From the NCBI GenBank assembly GCA_016182915.1, contig JACPFP010000002.1:27188-91187 (forward strand): a stretch of 64,000 bases of DNA. Direction: 5' to 3'. Below, piece after piece: positions 61,329 to 64,000 of the stretch. Source of the stretch: Candidatus Dojkabacteria bacterium (lineage in GTDB: Bacteria; Patescibacteriota; Dojkabacteria; SC72). Every line of letters starts with the position of its first letter. The stretch's first letter is position 1. The notes below the pieces were generated by a model. The model was not told where the DNA came from and made no database searches. It worked only from the letters and a program-made list of their open reading frames with translations. A program made the position numbers and the translations under genes.

Positions 61329-61688
61329 TGGACTTTTTAGCTATTTTTTTGTATAATATTACATATATCTGCTCATTTAAAAAAAAATTCAACTATATAT
61401 AAAAGAAAGATTCTAGAGATATTTATATATCTTTTTAATGTTTCTTTTATAAGAAACAAAGTTCTTTAAAATACCTTGTATTGTGTGATATTTAATATCC
61501 ACTTTTATACAAGAATTACTAGAGATGGATGAATTATGGAAAGGGTAGGGGATAGGAAACTCCTATTTTGATTCAATGGCCACTATTTAGTGCGTAGGTA
61601 GTTGTAAGTAAACACCAGATACAAATATGTTTATTTATACATGCCTACCATTCGGGTAGTGTCAGAAGTTAAAAGAAATGGAGCTGAA
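61329..61688 (+). promoter_or_regulatory. Promoter, boxA-like motifs and structured leader
   Basis: TGGACT-17 nt-TATAAT (61329-61357), TGCTCATTTAAA (61370-61381), AGTTCTTTAAAA (61460-61471), multiple hairpins, GGAG at 61680-61683. Confidence 0.55.
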
Positions 61689-62267
61689 ATGAAACGTATT
61701 ATCCCTATTTTGATGCTGGTATCGGCCCTCCTCTCCGCATGCGGATTGGTTCAGGGAGACTCAGTACCGACATCACCTGACGTGAGCGCGATGCAGACCC
61801 AGTTGGCAGACGCAATCTCAACCGCGACTGTTCAAGCCCAGATTCACGGACTTGAAACGCAAATCGCGGCTGTAAATGCTTCGCCCACTGCAATGCCGAT
61901 TCTGCCCGCGACAACGTCAATTCCGACCCAGATGCCTACCAATACGCCGGTATTGGACAATGCTCTCAAGCATCTGGCTTACTGGACAACCCAGACTGAG
62001 GCTGATCGTTGGCCCAATTTGGAAGACTTCGACATCGTGATTTGTCACGGCGACCCAAATCAACAGGGTAATGCCACGGCAGTGATTTTGGTAAAAGGTT
62101 CTCGTCCCATCGCCGAAAGTGACTTATCCTTGATTTACTTCAATGGATACAGCGGCGAATATAGCCTTCAAAACCATAATCAAATCGTGACCGAAGTTCA
62201 AGACAGTGTGCGTCCACACGTTCCTGGGTTTACCCTCACGAATGTAACGGTGATTTTTCTTCCGTAA
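61689..62267 (+). CDS. Putative lipoprotein with atypical (GC-richer) composition
   Basis: MKRIIPILMLVSALLSA|C lipobox, P/T/A-rich linker, GGAG 5 nt before the ATG. Confidence 0.75.
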   Translation: MKRIIPILMLVSALLSACGLVQGDSVPTSPDVSAMQTQLADAISTATVQAQIHGLETQIAAVNASPTAMPILPATTSIPTQMPTNTPVLDNALKHLAYWTTQTEADRWPNLEDFDIVICHGDPNQQGNATAVILVKGSRPIAESDLSLIYFNGYSGEYSLQNHNQIVTEVQDSVRPHVPGFTLTNVTVIFLP

Positions 62268-62289
62268 AAGCACATCCGCTCTAGTAACT

Positions 62290-62350
62290 GGGCTCCCTCC
62301 TGCATTCATTGCTGACATTCATTTGTCGCACGCAGATTGGGAGCCCTTTT
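62290..62350 (+). terminator. Long nested hairpin with short U-run (terminator-like)
   Basis: GGGCTCCC...CTGC...TGC-GACA..TGTC-GCA..GCAG...GGGAGCCC-TTTT. Confidence 0.55.
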
Positions 62351-62388
62351 ACTTTATATACCCATACTATTGTTATATACTTTCTCTA

Positions 62389-63003
62389 ATGAAGCTACTT
62401 TTTAAAATAAAAATAATACTAATCATACTCATAGGATTACCTATATCCGTATATTATGGACTTAGGTTTTTTGATGAGCCAATGTACTATGAATTTAATA
62501 ATCGTTCGTATGTTGTAACACTTCCAAGCAGGGTATGGTTCGAAATAGATACATCGTTAGATCAATTTGTAGAGAAAGAAGACGTAGGGAATCTATTTAT
62601 CCCTTTTGAAGATAGCCGACCAAACGTAAAAGGAGAGGGAATCAACATTGGTCTCTCATATCCGAAAATAGGTAGCAAGATTGAAGAAAATGGAGTGAGT
62701 AAACATCAGACCCTATCCAGGTTGGGCGATACACTTGTTTTTGACAGTGAAATTAAACTTAAGCCTGAAATACTTCAAAAATACGACACCTATGTCATAA
62801 ACATATTATTTTCACAGTATGGCAGATATGATTATCAAACCAACACATACTCCCAAGAGGGATGTGATGTGAAATTTGAATCAGAAGAAGGAGAGATTTC
62901 GTACCGGGAAGACCAAGCCAAAGTTTTCGTATCATACGAGTTATATCAAGAAAACCTCACAGGTACCATAAGAATTAATGTAAACTGTTTTAATAATGAT
63001 TAA
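62389..63003 (+). CDS. Hypothetical membrane-anchored protein
   Basis: ATG at 62389, N-terminal TM. Confidence 0.65.
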   Translation: MKLLFKIKIILIILIGLPISVYYGLRFFDEPMYYEFNNRSYVVTLPSRVWFEIDTSLDQFVEKEDVGNLFIPFEDSRPNVKGEGINIGLSYPKIGSKIEENGVSKHQTLSRLGDTLVFDSEIKLKPEILQKYDTYVINILFSQYGRYDYQTNTYSQEGCDVKFESEEGEISYREDQAKVFVSYELYQENLTGTIRINVNCFNND

Positions 63004-64000
63004 GAAAATACTTACAATAATAATTAGCCTAGTGGCCATTGGATTTATTCTAACCACATACACATTATATGGTTATAACTATCTTCTCCAGAGTTCTCTG
63101 TACGTTAATATTCTCACCTCTTCAATATTCTTCCTTCCCGGACTAATTGCTGTCACAGTACTTAATGGAAAGTTTTTTGGTACTAAGTATTTGCTAGGTT
63201 TTCTACTCTATCCAACAGCATATCTGTTTTCAATTCTCCTATTTAGTGAGTTTGGAATACTCCCTGAGAAGTTCTATGCTACATTTGGAGTACTAATTAC
63301 GATAGTAACTCCATTGCTAGTGGGAATTGCATCTTTCAAAAAGGGAAAGACTGGAAAAGAAATAACTGAGAATATAATACTGTTCCTTTTTGCTTTAGGA
63401 ATTGTATCCGGCTTTAATCAACTAATAGGACTCCAAAAGGACTCCCTCTTAAGCCTAGATTTTCTACAGCATAATGCCGTTGTAATGGAGATGAAAGAAG
63501 GCCATACCTGCTTCACACCAAATCAGTGTAGCAATCTCTTTCAGAAGTTAGGATACACTAGTGTTTTTCATAGCATACAGGCAATCCTTACAATGAGTAT
63601 ACATCTCCCACTAGGAGAAATCTTCGTTACACTAAGTCAGATATTTACAGCATTTTCATTCACGATAATCTATAGATACATAACAAAACTAGGCATACCT
63701 TGGTATCTCAATATTCTCGCATCACTAATAGCAATATCCATATTTGACCTTGGAGCACACTCATTTACCTATTTCCTACCACAAACCATGGCGCTAATGC
63801 TATTCGTGATAGCTTTGCAGAGCGAAAAGTGGAGAATATCTACAACATTATTTACGATTTCCGTACTTATACTCTCGCATTTCGTAATAGGAAGTTATTT
63901 GTCATTTCTACTTATTTCTTATATTTTATTTTTCTCGCCTAAAATGACTACAAAGGTACCTTTGACAATAACCGCATTGTTAACCCTTGCCCTCGTAGTG
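62996..64000 (+). CDS. Polytopic membrane protein, possibly GT-C-fold glycosyltransferase (partial, runs off the window edge)
   Basis: Manual translation from ATG 62996 (MIKKILTIIIS...FFLPG...SLDFLQHNAV...GYTSVFH) shows many TMs; no stop seen in the part translated. Confidence 0.55.
   Translation, partial: MIKKILTIIISLVAIGFILTTYTLYGYNYLLQSSLYVNILTSSIFFLPGLIAVTVLNGKFFGTKYLLGFLLYPTAYLFSILLFSEFGILPEKFYATFGVLITIVTPLLVGIASFKKGKTGKEITENIILFLFALGIVSGFNQLIGLQKDSLLSLDFLQHNAVVMEMKEGHTCFTPNQCSNLFQKLGYTSVFHSIQAILTMSIHLPLGEIFVTLSQIFTAFSFTIIYRYITKLGIPWYLNILASLIAISIFDLGAHSFTYFLPQTMALMLFVIALQSEKWRISTTLFTISVLILSHFVIGSYLSFLLISYILFFSPKMTTKVPLTITALLTLALVV

Overview
AT-rich, gene-dense bacterial chromosome segment using the standard code. 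The gene content and the Shine-Dalgarno-less housekeeping leaders suggest a Patescibacteria/CPR organism, probably Dojkabacteria-like; this taxonomy is inferred. 1-17.2 kb (minus strand): type IV pilus cluster (pilB, pilT with a ~400-aa disordered N-terminal extension, pilC, major pilin, prepilin peptidase, four minor pilins, receiver-only regulator, Cys-rich adhesin-like protein, pilM/N/O). 17-34 kb: holB, a rod-shaped candidate ncRNA, orphan histidine kinase, mutS, two lipoproteins, a PEP-synthase homologue whose phospho-His is replaced by Asp, AI-2E permease, DUF2085, a JAB-like protein, a sortase with an adjacent LPESAG substrate, tig and clpP. 34.6-46 kb: tRNA-Val(GAC) followed by single accessory genes rich in DNA-glycosylase/nucleotide-processing functions. 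46-64 kb: Nramp-like transporter, polyprenyl synthase, gyrB, gyrA, a DD-carboxypeptidase with a duplicated 3' end, a second sortase and envelope genes. The most striking non-catalogue signal is a class of three envelope-protein genes that, unlike the housekeeping genes, have long structured leaders, a boxA-like motif, a real Shine-Dalgarno sequence and strong 3' hairpins. All assignments come from reading motifs by eye; no searches or folding programs were run.
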